A DNA stretch of 63,847 bases, counting the filler, from Hausera hauseri (lineage: Eukaryota), in the NCBI GenBank assembly GCA_046269625.1. It is 12 parts of 12 records of this genome, joined end to end, with 100 filler letters (N's around TTAATTAATTAA, not from the genome) between each part and the next. Parts side by side here need not be neighbours in the genome. Positions count along the whole stretch, not along the records: positions 1 to 5,420 come from JBJURY010258511.1; positions 5,521 to 13,575 come from JBJURY010800978.1; 10 more parts are not named here. One strand, written 5' to 3'. Position numbers and translations under genes: made by a program. Within the stretch, counting starts at the first letter, position 1, and each line of letters begins with the position of its first letter. The notes beneath the pieces are model-generated. The model searched no databases, had not been told where the DNA came from, and was given only the letters and a program-made list of their open reading frames with translations. Shown here one piece after another: positions 1 to 13,197 of the stretch.

Positions 1-2537
1 TATTCTTTCTAATGTTTTCTTCCAAGACATATGTCCGGCTAAGTATGAATCATGTTCTGACATCAGTACTTCAGTTCTTAAACTCTTTCGGATAACCATG
101 AATTTTCTTCCTTTTCGTTCGTGGTATAAGATGTCTCCTTCGTTTTCGTCATTTAAGACGCAGTATTTATGTCCATATCTGTGTAAATGTTTCTTTAACT
201 GTCGTCCTTTTTGTATAATATCCTTTTTAGCAAATTCTATAATCTGCTGGATAACTTTATCCTTTTTCTGTACTGTTGAAATCTTTATTGCCCTATCTAT
301 CGTTAACGCGTGTTGGCGGTCTATTATTTCCTCAAGTTGACTTTTCTTCGTTAGAGTAATTGCGCTCGTTTTAGTCTTTAATCTTGATAGTGCATCTGCG
401 TCGACATGTTTGTTCCCTGGCTTATATTGGAATTCAGTGTTGTACCTTGATATTTCTTCGATCCGTCTGTTGAGTCTGCATGTCGGGTTATTTGCTCGGC
501 CTCTTAAGGTTGTGATGGCCTTGTGGTCAGTGACGATTATAATTTTCTGCCAATATACATAAACGTTAAAATGTCTAAGTGCTTCTTTTGCAGTTAGAGT
601 TTCTAATTCGGTAACAGAATAGTTTTTCTCTGCCTTCTTCAATGAACGTCTTTTGTAAGCAATCGGATGTTCTAATTTTTCATCTTCTCTTTTCTGTGCT
701 AGTTCGTACCCGATGCCTTCTTTACTGGCGTCGATCTTAATTATGAAGGGTAAGTTAAAGTCTGGGTACCGCAAAACCGGTTAAATTATCAATATCTTCT
801 TCATTTCGTCGAAAGCCTTTTGTTCGACGTCTGCCCATTTCCATTTGATTCCTTTTTTAAGTAAGCGATATAAAGGTGCATTAATCTTTGAATTATCTGG
901 TACGTAGGTTGCGTAATATCCGCAGAGTCCTAACCAGTGTCTTAACTCTTTCTGATTTTGTGGTTCCATGAAATCTGATATTTTCTTTAATAACAATTTA
1001 TCAGGTTTCGATCCTCCTTCTCCAACTATATGACCCAAGTAGGATACTGCATTTTGAGCCCATTTGCATTTCTTCGGATTTAACTTCAATCCGGCTTGAT
1101 CCAATCTCATCAGTGTGTGTTCAGTATTATTTAAGTGTTCTTCTTCTGTTCACGATGTTATCATCACGTCATCTAAGTACGCAAAGGCATAATCCAGTCC
1201 CATTAACATTTTTTCATCATTCTTGTAAATATGGCTGGTCCGGTAGTAATACCGAACGGCATGACGTTAAATTCATAAACACCATTATGTGTTTTAAATG
1301 CTCTCTTATAACAGTCTTCGTCTTCTATCTCCACTTGCCAATATCCGAATTGTAAGTCCAGAGTGATAAACCATTTTGCTCCGGAGAGTCTATCCAGGGA
1401 CTCTTTTACTGATGGTAGTGGAAAGGAATCTTTCATCATAAGATTATTTAGAGCTCGGTAGTCGATACAATATCGCTGCATCGTAGTGCCTTTCTTTTTA
1501 ACCATAAGGATAGGCGAGTACCGGGATCTGTAACTGGTACTAATTATATCGGCCTTAAGCATTCGTTCGACTTCCCTTTTTATCTCAGGTCTTAGCGAAT
1601 GTTGTGGAGGGTACCATTTCGGCATCTTCTGATCCTCCAAATTTATTTCTTCATTTGAACCAGGCTTTTCCTGAGCGGAATAGTCAGTTTAACTCTTTCG
1701 CCCTACCGATGTCTTCTTCATACTTAGCAATAATCGATTTATATTGGAATAATAATTCATAAAATCGACAGTAGGATTTCGGGGAGAACTTAGTTTCAAC
1801 ATGAGGCTGAAATTTGGAATACTTATAAGGCTTTTCTTCAATGGTTATGACGACACTCTATACGTATCTCCTAGAGTAGTATAAGCATGGAGTTTGATAG
1901 GAGTTGGTGCATTATTCGCTATTCTGATCGGCACACGACCAGAGTGTACTCTCGTAAGTACGTTACTGAGCGTTATATTTTGAATTAATGTTTTCTTTGG
2001 TTCGAAATATACTGGCTGATCGTCATCTTGCTGAATTTGTGCATAAATTATTATCTCCGTTCTTGGTGGGATATTCTCCTCTACTGGTATCCACATTTCT
2101 TCAAATTTTTTATCCTTAGCGTTTTTCATGACTTTATTGGGTTTGATTTCTATTAATTTTCCTGTTTGCAAGTCAATTGCTATATTTGGTAGCCTTTGTA
2201 ATAAATCTCATCCTAGAACGACATCGTCAGTTAATTGTTCCATGATTGCAATTTTATGTCGAAACGTTTGCCAAACTAATTGGACTTCTGGGTTCCATTT
2301 AAACATCGGTTTTCACATTTGGCCAAAAGCTCCTGTACTACCTGGATCTTTCGTAGATGGCGGATATAACTGTCCTCTTAGTGTTTGAGGTATTGAATCA
2401 TTTTTGATATAAGACATCTCGGAACCCGTATTAATTAACGCAGAAACTTCCCAATCCTTGATGATGATTTTGGCGAAGGGTCTTCCATCGATCACGGTTC
2501 CAAAACAGTTTGATGCTAGTTTCAAACGTTTAGTCAC
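1..2537 (-). mobile_element. pol: Degenerate Ty3/Gypsy pol (protease-RT-RNase H-start of integrase)
   Basis: Protease ALINTGSEMS (DTG-type, ~2425); RT SPILMVKKK, RYCIDYRALN, MPFG and YLDD (~1175); RNase H IDAS, YSVTELE, TDHK; integrase HHCC start HDSYLAGH at 1-60; stops and frameshifts throughout. Confidence 0.95.
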
Positions 2538-2831
2538 CGATATTTTGTGTCAGTTTATTCTTACTTCTGGAGCGGATACTATATTTTTCGATAACTGTCT
2601 TAATTCTCCGTTTAGATATAATTAGTTATCTTCTACGTGCAATTCTTCCATTTCATGGGTACTAATTAGTGGCTCCCGGTTGTTAGTGTGTATTTCACTA
2701 TGTTGGAAGGTTTTTAATCTTGGGTTGTCCCAAACTGTCGATCTAGTCTCAATATTCTTAGGTTCTCTTGGCGAGTATATCATCTTAGGATCATCCGAGG
2801 ATTGGCAGTAACACATTTTCCGTAAAATTCC

Positions 2832-4990
2832 TTATCGTTTTGTTCCTTCATAAGGGTCTTCTACATTAATTGTCCTTTTATAAATTTCTGTCTGATATGA
2901 GCTCATGGACCGTTTGCCGCAATCGTCGTAGAATGGGCCAGTAGGAGGTAACATGGGTAACGGTGCTTTAACGACCGAGTACAGCTTATGTCTACTCATC
3001 CCTGAGAATGCTTCTCCTCCCATAGACTCGTCATCTGAATTATTTATTCGTATATTAGGTTTTGTAGACTTCAGCTTCCGTAGAAATATCGGTATCCCTC
3101 TTCGTTTACGATTATAATAACCGACATGGCGTTTTACGTCCGATTTCCATCTACTCTCTTCGTATGCTTTTAAGAATTTTCCAAAGGGCGTTATGATTGC
3201 AGTCAGAATTTTACATGAGAATCCGGTCAGTATAAATGTTTCGTATCCGTTTATTACTGCTTGGATGACTGCCTTAATCATTAGTATCAAAAAATATATC
3301 GTTAAAAATCCGGATGCTGCTTGTCCGAAAATCAAAAATCTTCACAGATTTTGTACAGTATTTCGGTCGTCACTCTCTGACAGTGGTTCACACCGAGTAA
3401 TGATTCCCATTTAACCTGATATCGTGTGTCGTCTACTACAGACGCCATAGCTCGATTTAGCTCATTTGTTCGTTATCGTGGGAAGGCGAGAAATTGTCTG
3501 AAAGCCTCAATTTCCTTCGGCCTGTATATACCTTTTGACGAGATATCTTGAAATTTATCGTCTGTAATCCCTTTAGCGAGATTCGTCCCTGTTAGCTTTT
3601 TAGGAGCGGCAGTAATACTTCCATTAGGTAAACTAACCCAGTCGGTTTCGCTACGTCTAAACATCGGCTCTCCTAAGCTTGCTTTACAATCATTAAGAAT
3701 GGTTGGTTGTGTCGCATTATCTAACAACACTCTTGTCAACGGCGTAGCTAATCTTGGAGTATTCTGATATATAACAGGAAGTTCTTGGATGCAACATTTT
3801 TCTTCTATGTTGATGGGTGCTTCTCTCTTTTCACATTCATAGGTTAGCTACACTTCGCCCGTAACTCGACCAAAGATTCCTTCCCTCATGGGAATTATTG
3901 GAGAAGCTAATTCTGGGTTTGCATATATAAGAGCTATTTTAGTTCTCATAATTTCGGTATCCAATTTGCAGTCATTCATTATCATTTTATTATATAATTC
4001 CGTTATTACGACTTGTCCTTTATAGTAGAAGTAATCGTCTCTATTTTTCAAGTAGTCCTCAATTCGATCATCCTGCGTTTCCAATTTGTAGGTTTTTGCG
4101 TTTATTTTTGTTTCCGCTACGAAGAACGCTTCATAGTTTGTGGCGAACATTACTACATCGCAACGAGTCATCATTCCTTTTTTATAAATTTTAGTCCAAG
4201 CGGATCTGAGATTAATATAGTAGGCGTAGGATGTTCTGATGCATCTTCGCGTGTCCTTGAGTTAGTTTCTGATTCATTCACGTATCGTTTTCCGGTAGTT
4301 TCATTAAACTTTATCTCCTTAATTTTGATGAAATTACAGTTTCTTCCAGAGGGAGGTTCCATATTATAACCGAACTTTTAAAAGCACATGCGCCATCTTG
4401 TAAATGACATTTTTGATTTTCAGTGTATAACTTAGTGACGCTATGGAACATTACCTTCTGTGATAGCATTTCTAATTCGTAGAAATCCACAACTACTACG
4501 TTTGGTTCTAATCCTTTTCCGGTATCGTATTCTGCCCCATTACAATGTCCGGTGTGCATATCCAGTCTTCCAGCCACTACTTTGTATGCTCTGATTATTT
4601 TCCCTGGTTGCATTTTTAATTACATGCTGTTCCATTGTACCTTTCCATTTTCTTTGGCTTGTTTGCAGTGCTGACGTTCTAAGTTCATTGGAATTAGCGG
4701 GGTAATTGGCTTAATTTTGGAAAAATGTCCGTGTATTAAGCCGCAGTGGAAAATACTGCGGGATCGTCTCAACATGCATTCCATTCCGTCTATTTATATC
4801 AATTCTTGTTGTTGATACAGGAAATAACTTTTCTCTTCTGTTTCTAGTTTGTGTGATCTGGCATCCTCGCATACTTCTAGATCCATTAAGGAATATCTCT
4901 GTTTTAATATAAACTTATCGCAATCATAGACGGTTACAGCGCCTATATGCTTTATTAACATCATCAAGGTGAGCAAGCTAATCAGATAGT
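2832..4990 (-). pseudogene. env: Chuvirus-type glycoprotein (env-like), disrupted
   Basis: Signal-like YLISLLTLMMLIKHIGA, then VTVYDC..YSLMDLEVC, CMLRRSRSIFHCG, GHCNGAEY..NVVV, CHLQDGAC..W, LYNKMIMNDCKL, GRVTGEV..YEC, CIQELPV..TPLTRVL, GIY..EIEAFRQFLAFP, and TM FGQAASGFLTIYFLILMI. Cys spacing and block order match chuvirus-like G as I recall it. Confidence 0.85.
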
Positions 4991-5420
4991 TTGATTCATT
5001 TTTGCGACTTCCAACGTCTGACGTTGCTAGGCTACGTAACATATCGTCGAGTTTATTGTTGCTTCGTTTGTCTTCTTCCTTGTCAAATAGTTTTGCCCAA
5101 TTTACTTCGCAAGGCATTCTTTTTGCTGCTGTCCGTGCTAAGCTTACAGCCCAATTGATTTCACTCTCTCGATTAGGATTTATTTTGATAGCTAAGTATA
5201 GCAATACTTTTCTTAATTCCTCATTCATGTTTTCTACCATGATTTTTTCTATTACTGTATCGCCGGTTAAGTTACTTTTTGACAGTTTAAAACGTGAACT
5301 TCTCATTATTTTGGCTGTATCTAAAATTATCTTTGCTTTATCATCCAACACATCTCCTCGAAAACTGGAATAATTCACAATTCGTATTAACTTTTTCATT
5401 AACTCGCTTAATTTTTCATT
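4991..5420 (-). pseudogene. Unknown domain in frame upstream of the env signal peptide (runs to the contig edge)
   Basis: ORF 4794-5399 reads without a stop from this region into the signal peptide and glycoprotein N-terminus. Confidence 0.6.
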
Positions 5421-5520
5421 NNNNNNNNNNNNNNNNNNNNNNNNNNNNNNNNNNNNNNNNNNNNTTAATTAATTAANNNNNNNNNNNNNNNNNNNNNNNN
5501 NNNNNNNNNNNNNNNNNNNN
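5421..5520. other. Artificial contig linker (N44-TTAATTAATTAA-N44); first of 11
   Basis: The same six-frame-stop 12-mer sits inside N runs at 5465, 13620, 17736, 22736, 27029, 31174, 37420, 46505, 51285, 55489 and 59961; sequence content changes abruptly across each. Confidence 0.98.
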
Positions 5521-7400
5521 AAAAGAAGAAGAAGCAGACGAAGAAGGAGAACGAGGAAAAGAAGAAGAAGGAGAACGAGGTGAATAAGAAAAAGAAGCGG
5601 AATAAGATAAAGAAGAAAGAGAAGATGAAGGAAAAGAAGAAAACTAAGGAGGAGAAAAAGAAGAAGGAGAAAAAAAATAAGAAAAAAATGACAAGAAGAA
5701 GAATAAGAAGGAGCAGAGGTAGGCGAAGAAGAAGAAGAAAAAGGAGAAGAAGAAGTATAAGGAGAAGAAGAAGCATAAGAAGGAGAACGAGGAGAAGAAG
5801 AAGAAGAAGGAGAACGATGAGAACAGGAATAAGAAGCAGAAGAAGAAAAAGAAGAAAGGAAAGAAGAAGGAAAAGAAAAAGACGAAGGAGAAGGAGAAGA
5901 AAAAGAAGGAGAAGAAAAAGAAGAAGGAAAAGAAGGAGATGGAGAAGACGAAGAATGACTAGGAGGANNNNNNNNNNNNNNNNNNNNNNNNNNNNNNNNN
6001 NNNNNNNNNNNNNNNNNNNNNNNNNNNNNNNNNNNNNNNNNNNNNNNNNNNNNNNNNNNNNNNNNNNNNNNNNNNNNNNNNNNNNNNNNNNNNNNNNNNN
6101 NNNNNNNNNNNNNNNNNNNNNNNNNNNNNNNNNNNNNNNNNAACGAAGAAGAAGAAGAAGAAGAAAAGGGCGAAGGAGAAGACGGCGAAGGTGGAGAAAA
6201 AGAAGAAGAAAAAGAAAAAAACGAAGAAGAAGAAAATGAAGAAGAAGGAGAAAGAGGAGAAGAAGTAGAATGAGGAGGAGGAGAAGAAGAAGAAAAAGAA
6301 GAAAAGGAAAAAGAAGAAGAAGAAAAAGAAAAACAGAAGAAGGATAAGAAGGAGAAGCCGAAGGATGAAAAGAAGAAGAAAGAGAAGAAGAAGAAAAAGG
6401 ACAAGAAGAATATGTAGGACAAGTAGAAGAAGAAGAAGAAAAAGAAGATTGAAGAAAAGAAGAAAAATTACAAGAAGAAGAAGAAGAAGGAGGAGGAGAA
6501 AGTGGAGAAAAACAAGAAAACGAAGAAAAAGAAGAAAGAGAAGGAGCAGAAGGATAAGGCGGAGAAGGAGGAGTAGAACAAGAAAAGAAGAAGAACAAGG
6601 AGAAGAAGAAGAAGGAGAAAGTGGAGAAATAGAAGAAGAAGCAAAAGAAGAAGAAGAAGGTGAAAAAGAAGAAGAAGGAGAAACAGAAGAAGAAAAAGAA
6701 AAAAAAGAAAATGAAAAGAAGAAGGAGAAGAGGAGAAGAAGTAAAAGGAGAAGGAGAAGAAGAATAAGAAGGACAAAAAGCGAAAGAAGAAGAAGGAAGA
6801 GAAGAGGAGAAGATGAAGAAGTAGAAGAAGGAGAAGGTGAAGGGTGAGAAAAAGAAAAGAGAGAAGAAGAAGAAAAAGAAAAAGAAGAAAGAGACGGAGG
6901 AGAAGAAGTAAGAGGAGAAGGACAAGATTAAGAAGAAGAAGAAAACGAAGAAGAAAAAGAAGATGGAGAAAAAGAAGAAGAAGAAGAGGGAGAAGAAGAA
7001 GAAAAGTACGAATAAGAAAAAGGAGAAGGCGGAGTAGAAGAAGAGCGAGAAGAAAGAGAAGGAGGAAAAGGAGGAGAAGACAAGAAAAAGAAGAAGAAGT
7101 GAGGGAAGGTAGAGAAAAAGAAGAAGAAAAAGAAGAAGTAGGAGAAGAAGAAAGAGAAGAAGAAGTAAAAGGAAAAGGAGTAGGATGAAAAGAAAAAGAA
7201 AGAGAAAAAGAAGGAGAAGGAGAAGAAGATGGAGAAGGGGGAGAAGAAGAAGAAAAAGAAGAAGGAGGAGAAAAAGTAGAAGAAGTAAACGAAGAAGAAG
7301 AAGAAGGAGAAGAAGGCGTAGAAGACGACGACAAAGGACAAAGGGAAGAAGAAGAAGTAAACGAAGAAGAAGAAAAAGGAAACAAAGTAAAAGAAGAAGA
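5521..7400 (+). repeat. Degenerate (GAA/GGA)n purine-rich low-complexity tract
   Basis: About 1.9 kb of almost exclusively A/G triplets with an internal gap; it generates the spurious poly-R/K/E/L/F/S ORFs. Confidence 0.97.
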
Positions 7401-9649
7401 AGCCCTTCATGCTCGATGAGGAAGGAGGAGAGGAGACTGAAGAGGTGGAAGCAAAGGAGGCAGAGCCAGAGCTCGGAGATGACAACATCACGCAGGGACA
7501 GCAAGGGCAAGCGCGAAAGCAAAAACAGGGATCGTCCTCTGTGGACCAAGAGATTGCCAGGTCTAAGATAGAAGTTTGTTTTATTTCTTTTTAATATAAT
7601 TTTAGAAGTTGTATTTTAATATGTACGTTAATGACCATATTTTTTAATCATGCTGATCGTGTGCTTTTACAACATGAGTTTGACCTAACTCTACCTATCC
7701 CATTGAATTCTGATGTATGCCAAAAGCCCAGTGTCAAACTTAAAAAGTGAGTTTTCCTTTGCACGTTTTGGCACCTCATTTTCAGGAGTGCATTGAGTCC
7801 TGGTCTGCAGAAGAGGATAATGAAGTAAGCTATGTATGTGATGTTTTATTTTAGGGTTCACACCAACAATTATTATAATAATCGATTAATTAAGCATTCA
7901 TACACACACTAGTTACTATACAAACTTTAGACAATGCACAAAGTAAACACAACACTGATTAGCAATGATGAAACTAAAAATAATAAGAAAACATGTGATA
8001 TAAAGACTAAAGAATTGTGTGAGAATAAAAACATTTTGTTTATTTTACAGTTGTAACTTAAAGTCCAACACCCATCGTAACAGCCCCAAATGCCCTTCAT
8101 GGGTAATGACTGCTCCGGTAAAACTGGAGGCTTCTCCGCCAGCTCCGTGAGAGTCCTGGCTGTCCTGGCTCTTCTCACAGTGGAACATACCCGGAATGTC
8201 TCACCATACCTTTTATTTCCTTTTATTACCCTAAAATCCAAATGCCTCCACTGCTGACTTGTAATCTTCCAGAATCTTCCGGTTTAAAATGTTTCCAATT
8301 CCGGTAGAATGAATTCAGCTAGAACAAACTTTACCTCCTGATGGTAATTATACTAGTTGGGTTTCAAAATAAAGTTATAGGGTCCTAAGTAAATGGTTAT
8401 TATTGTTTTTGTCACACAATAATATAATATTATTTGACATAGGACATCCTAGACCAACATAGGTTGTGTTTGTACTTGTGTCAACAGAAATGATGACAGG
8501 AATTGAGAGCCGTTTCTTTGAGGGACCAAAGGAGCCCACGGTACTCTGACAGATTTTGACAACGGCCTATACAAGTGGATTTATTTTTATCAGGGTGTCT
8601 GCGGGGTATTGAAAGTTATTAAAAGTTGATATATGAAATTTGGAAAAATTAAGGGTGTAAAAAGTATTGAATTTATGAATAATGTGTAAGTTAGTCTTGA
8701 ATAGGTTACTTGAGGGTCTTAAGTTTTGTCAGGCAGGACAGATTTAAGTTCTTCGTCTCCGCTGTGGATTTCCTGAAAGTGAGGAGGAGGGGAAAAAAAA
8801 AAACGTGTGTTGTTGTGGACTTCCATCCGGCTGGAAGCAGAGCAGAGTAGGGCGGGTCCTACAGTCTGTAAACAGAGACAGACCTCAGGACTATTTCCAA
8901 GATGACGCCTCGACCCACTACCCTAACAGAGCCGCTCTCTGCCCGCATCTCCACAAACGTCAGTGTGTTCCGAGCTTCATTGTTGTTTTACAGACATATG
9001 TCATCATGTGCAACTTGTGCGTGTGACCAAACTCTGGGTCCAAGAGCTCCGCTGTGTGCGCGCCCTCAGCCTGTTTCTCTCAGCGTGGATGGGGGAGGCA
9101 GCAGCTGCTTTCTTCTTTTTAGTTTTTACCGTTAAAACATGAATATTTGTAGATCCCAGATTACAGCAAAGACATGTGTCTGTTTAAATTGAATTTTCCT
9201 TAATCTCACCAAGTTCCCTCTGTGGTTCAGTTTCAGCTGGTTTTAGTTTATCATAAATATATGTACAACTTAATCCTACAAACAATTAGCTGTTTGTTTG
9301 GATGTGCTGAACTTTTTATAAATTTAAAACTAAATTGAGAGGTAACTGTACTGTGATAAATATAATTCATACATTATCAAATATGAAAAATAAATAGTCG
9401 TAATGAATTAGGATCCCGTATTTTATTTGAACTGACATTATAGTGGAGAAATCTGTCAAATTCAATAAATTATATAAGAATAATTTATACTTTTCAAAGA
9501 ACTTTCTGTAAATACTTGAAATACATTATAGTAAACTACAGAAAAGTTAAAACAAAACGTCTTTCCTTCAGAATGTTGTTGGTTGTGGTAGTTCAAATTT
9601 ATTGAAAGTTGCATGATTTTTTATTTTTGTGTTTGTATAAAGGTATAAC

Positions 9650-9865
9650 TGGGCCTTGATTTTACTGGCCATCCAGCAGCAGAAAACAAATGTTTCTAGA
9701 ACCTCAGTAGAAGTGAGGAACTACAAAGTAAAATATCAATCATGGCAGCATTACCCTGCAGCAGTAAAGCCCGTGACTGATCCCTGGTCACCTGAAAAAA
9801 CCTCCGGTTGAAGCTGTCAGCGATTAACACAGCCTGCAGCGGCTGCTCCTCCTGCCCTTCTGGCA
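9650..9865 (-). pseudogene. EIF2B5: eIF2B epsilon N-terminal retrocopy fragment, copy 1
   Basis: [48 protein letters not shown], frameshifted and intronless. Confidence 0.88.
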
Positions 9866-10564
9866 TAAGCTGTCTGATGCCCTGGGTTTTGGTTCCAACG
9901 TCTGGTGTCTCGTTTGTCGCCGTGTTCACCTTGTGTGGCACCTCCAATAGCCTGGCTCGGCGTGCCTGTAAAGATATGACTGTCTGCCTCTCACCCCCTC
10001 CTGCACAGGGTTTTCTGGCATGGGCAGAGCCACCTCCTTTCCAGCTGCACCTGGTTCCAGTAATGAGGTTCAAACATATTTAAGGCCAGAGATGAGAGCC
10101 AGTCTTCGCTGGAACATTCTGTGAATTTGGTACAGCTTGTTCAGCCTTTAAAGTGATCTCCTGAAACTTTAAAACCAACCTGAATTGCTTCTGTGTTTTT
10201 CCAAGGACTCCCTTTGTGGATTTTACTAGACCTCCTCTGCTCAGCTCCTCCTGAGAACCTCTGCCTAAACCTGCCATTCACCTCTCCGCCCTGCACCTCT
10301 CCTCCAGAAATACTCACCTGCACCTCTTGGATATCCACCTGTCTCTTTGGAATTTACGCTCCTCTCCAGGCCAGCCTCCTCTGCGATACCTGTAAGCGAG
10401 AACATATTTCAAGATTAACTCCCCTGGAACTATTGTTGCCTTTATCTTCCTCTCCCCACAGGACTTCTCTGTAAATAAAACTCACTTAACTTTTCATACT
10501 GTGGTCTCCTCCTCATTGTCAGTTGTGCCACCTTCTGGGTACTCTTCATTTTACTAAACCTAAT

Positions 10565-10830
10565 AGTGCCGAGCGGTACAGATCTGAGGTGATGATGTGG
10601 ACTGTTTGGACAGCTGGGTCGGTACCACTTTTAGTTCAGCAAGTGGGCCTTGATTTTACTGGCCATCTAGCAGCAGAAACAAATGTTTCTTGAACTCCAA
10701 AGTAAAATCAATCATGGCAACATTACCCAGCAGCAGTAAAGGCCATGGCTGATCCTTTGTCACTGGGAAAAACCTGAAGCTGTCCGCGATCATTACAGCC
10801 TGCAGCGGCTCCTCCTGCCCTTCCTGCACC
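10565..10830 (-). pseudogene. EIF2B5: eIF2B epsilon N-terminal retrocopy fragment, copy 2
   Basis: Near-duplicate of copy 1 with deletions, extending to KAHLLN*KWYRPSCPN..HIITSDLYRS. Confidence 0.85.
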
Positions 10831-11719
10831 ATAAACTAAGGCTGGGTGAGNNNNNNNNNNNNNNNNNNNNNNNNNNNNNNNNNNNNNNNNNNNNNNNNNN
10901 NNNNNNNNNNNNNNNNNNNNNNNNNNNNNNNNNNNNNNNNNNNNNNNNNNNNNNNNNNNNNNNNNNNNNNNNNNNNNNNNNNNNNNCTCCATCTTTGGTT
11001 GTGCCTGCTGAGCTGGTAAACACATGGCTAAATAAGAAAAATATATATTTGTATCTTTGTTGTTTTTTTCTTGAGAAAGCTAGGAGCTGATGCTGTCTCT
11101 GCTTGATTCTGGCCGTCTTGCCTTCAGGTTTAAGCCTTTTGCTACGTCATTGCCCTTATATGGAGTGGAGCCATTTTTTCCCATCAACAGCAGGAAAACT
11201 TTCTAAAATCATTCTTACAACAATTTAGCTTCATTTAAAAACATTTCAATTAAACATACATGGAATTATTTTTATTCATCTACCATATTTTGCTGGATAT
11301 AAAAATTGAAAAAATGGTGGGATATGGACTTTAAAATTTGTATAGCTGTTCAAGGAGTAATAACTTAATGTTTTGTGTCTTTTGTAATGTCTTTGGTGTG
11401 TGAAAATGACATTCAAATTGTTTTGACTACACCCCATCCTGTACAAACTGACACCAAGGCATCCATTGAAGAGGTACATTGTTAAGTTATTCTATTGCAA
11501 TATGAAATACTACTATAAACTCTTCTGTTTGAGCCTGTTGCTAATAGTCAAACTGTTCTATCTCCATCTTGATATTCACACCACAGTTTGTCTCGTGTTT
11601 TTGTGTGGTCTTTGTCTTTTGTTTCTGGCCCTCCGTCCTGTGTTTTTGTTTGTACCCCCACCTCCCACCCGTCTTAGGAACTTTTAATCGTCGGGAGACG
11701 ATTCTTTGAGGGGGGGTAC

Positions 11720-12113
11720 TGTCATGATTTGATGTGTTGTCTGTTTCCTGTGTCTATCTCCCTCTTGTGTCTTCTGGTTGTCATCACTTCTCATTTTCCC
11801 TCAGGTTGCTTCTGTGTCTTTCCCTCTGTCACCACGCACCTGTCAGTAATCTCAATCAGTAATTTCCATCAGCTGTTGCTCATCTCTTCTGTGTATTTAT
11901 TCTGCCTCTTCTCATTCAGTCTCCGCTGGTTCATTGTTTGGTTTACCCTGCTGTCTTGGTCTCTTGTCCCATGTTCATTTTGGATTTTGCATTTTGGATC
12001 TTGTGAGTATTGCTGCCTTGTCAGCCTTTTTGTTTATTTTTTGTTAATAAATAGTTTTCATTTATTCCTCGAGTCTGCCTGCATTTTGGGTTCTCCCAGC
12101 ACCAACCGTGACA
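11720..12113 (+). mobile_element. Gypsy-type 3' LTR preceded by a polypurine tract
   Basis: GAGGGGGGG PPT at 11708-11716; TGTCATG...CGTGACA inverted termini; AATAAA at ~12046. Confidence 0.8.
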
Positions 12114-13100
12114 ATAGAACTTTAAATTCATTTTATAAAGTAATGTATTTGTTGGATGACTATGGACTACCAAGAAAAAAAAGACTCCTAATCTCATAAT
12201 AACGATCTCATAATTATGGGAAAAGATCTCCTAATTAAAAGAACCTGATCTTGTAATTATGGGAAAAGATATCATAATTAGGAGGTAAGCTGAGAGATTG
12301 GATTTTGAGCAGGTACTGCATGTAACAATAGGAACTATTGTTTTGAATGCATGTTCCTCCTGGATGTGTATGTGTGTGATGCTGAACGCAGGAGTGCCCT
12401 GACCAAGCTGTATAATGTTTATCAACCAAAGTTTAATATAGTTGTGACCCACAGGGTTGCATCAGGACAAAGTTTGTGCTCTTTGTGTTCATACAGGACA
12501 TATTTAACACATTTCAGATGCATTAGCTACTTATAGCCACAGCATCCCGTACAAAGACAGCAACTTTCAGCATGTCAGAGTGGGTACCCGAACAACCACA
12601 ACTTACTAAGATACATGTGTAATGTGGACATACTAATATTAATGCCAGATGTAATGTTTTGTTCTGCCTGTACTGAATGGGACTCTTATTTTGAAATATC
12701 CAGTTACTGAAAGCGGTAGTTCCACAACCAGTTCTTGGGAAGTTGAGTGCTGAAATTAAGTTTACAATGAAGCTGAACTCCTGTAGACTGTTGTGCAGGT
12801 GGGTTTATTAACAAACCAGCAGACACAACACCATCCACATTAAGTAAACTCAATATTTCCCTGTGTTTCATACCTAAGACGAAATAAAAGTAAATCAAAT
12901 CTGATGCAGTCATTATTCACTTTTCCTGTATTGTAGCTCAGCTGTGATTCTTCTTACTTTCCTCATATTTACCAGATCAGGTTCTCGTAATTATGTCATC
13001 TCATCTCAAATTTATGAGGTCACAGTCTATTCTTTTAATTTGGTGAATGCACTGCTCTTCCGTGTTTTTAGTGGACGGTCTGGTTGTCGGTTGTGTTTAC

Positions 13101-13197
13101 CAGGAATTGCCAGGTTCCACAGCGGGACGTCCAGCAGCTCTTCCGGGAGACGGGACATCCAGTCTGGGTGTCCTCCGAGCGGCGACCGGTCCTCCAT
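13101..13197 (-). CDS. PLCXD1: First coding exon of a PI-PLC X domain-containing protein (PLCXD1-like)
   Basis: MEDRSPLGGHPDWMSRLPEELLDVPLWNLAIP-G; upstream ttttctcag acceptor; phase-1 GTAAAC donor at 13100; matches the DWMS..L.DVPL..LAIPG(SHD) motif. Confidence 0.8.

Noticed and set aside
5465-7571. Long Leu/Phe/Ser-rich and Arg/Lys/Glu-rich ORFs (up to 694 aa)
   Set aside because: By-products of the GAA-rich tract, open in several frames and running through Ns
9967-10560. Possible LTR between the EIF2B5 copies
   Set aside because: TG start and AATAAA are present but no matching CA end or TSD was found
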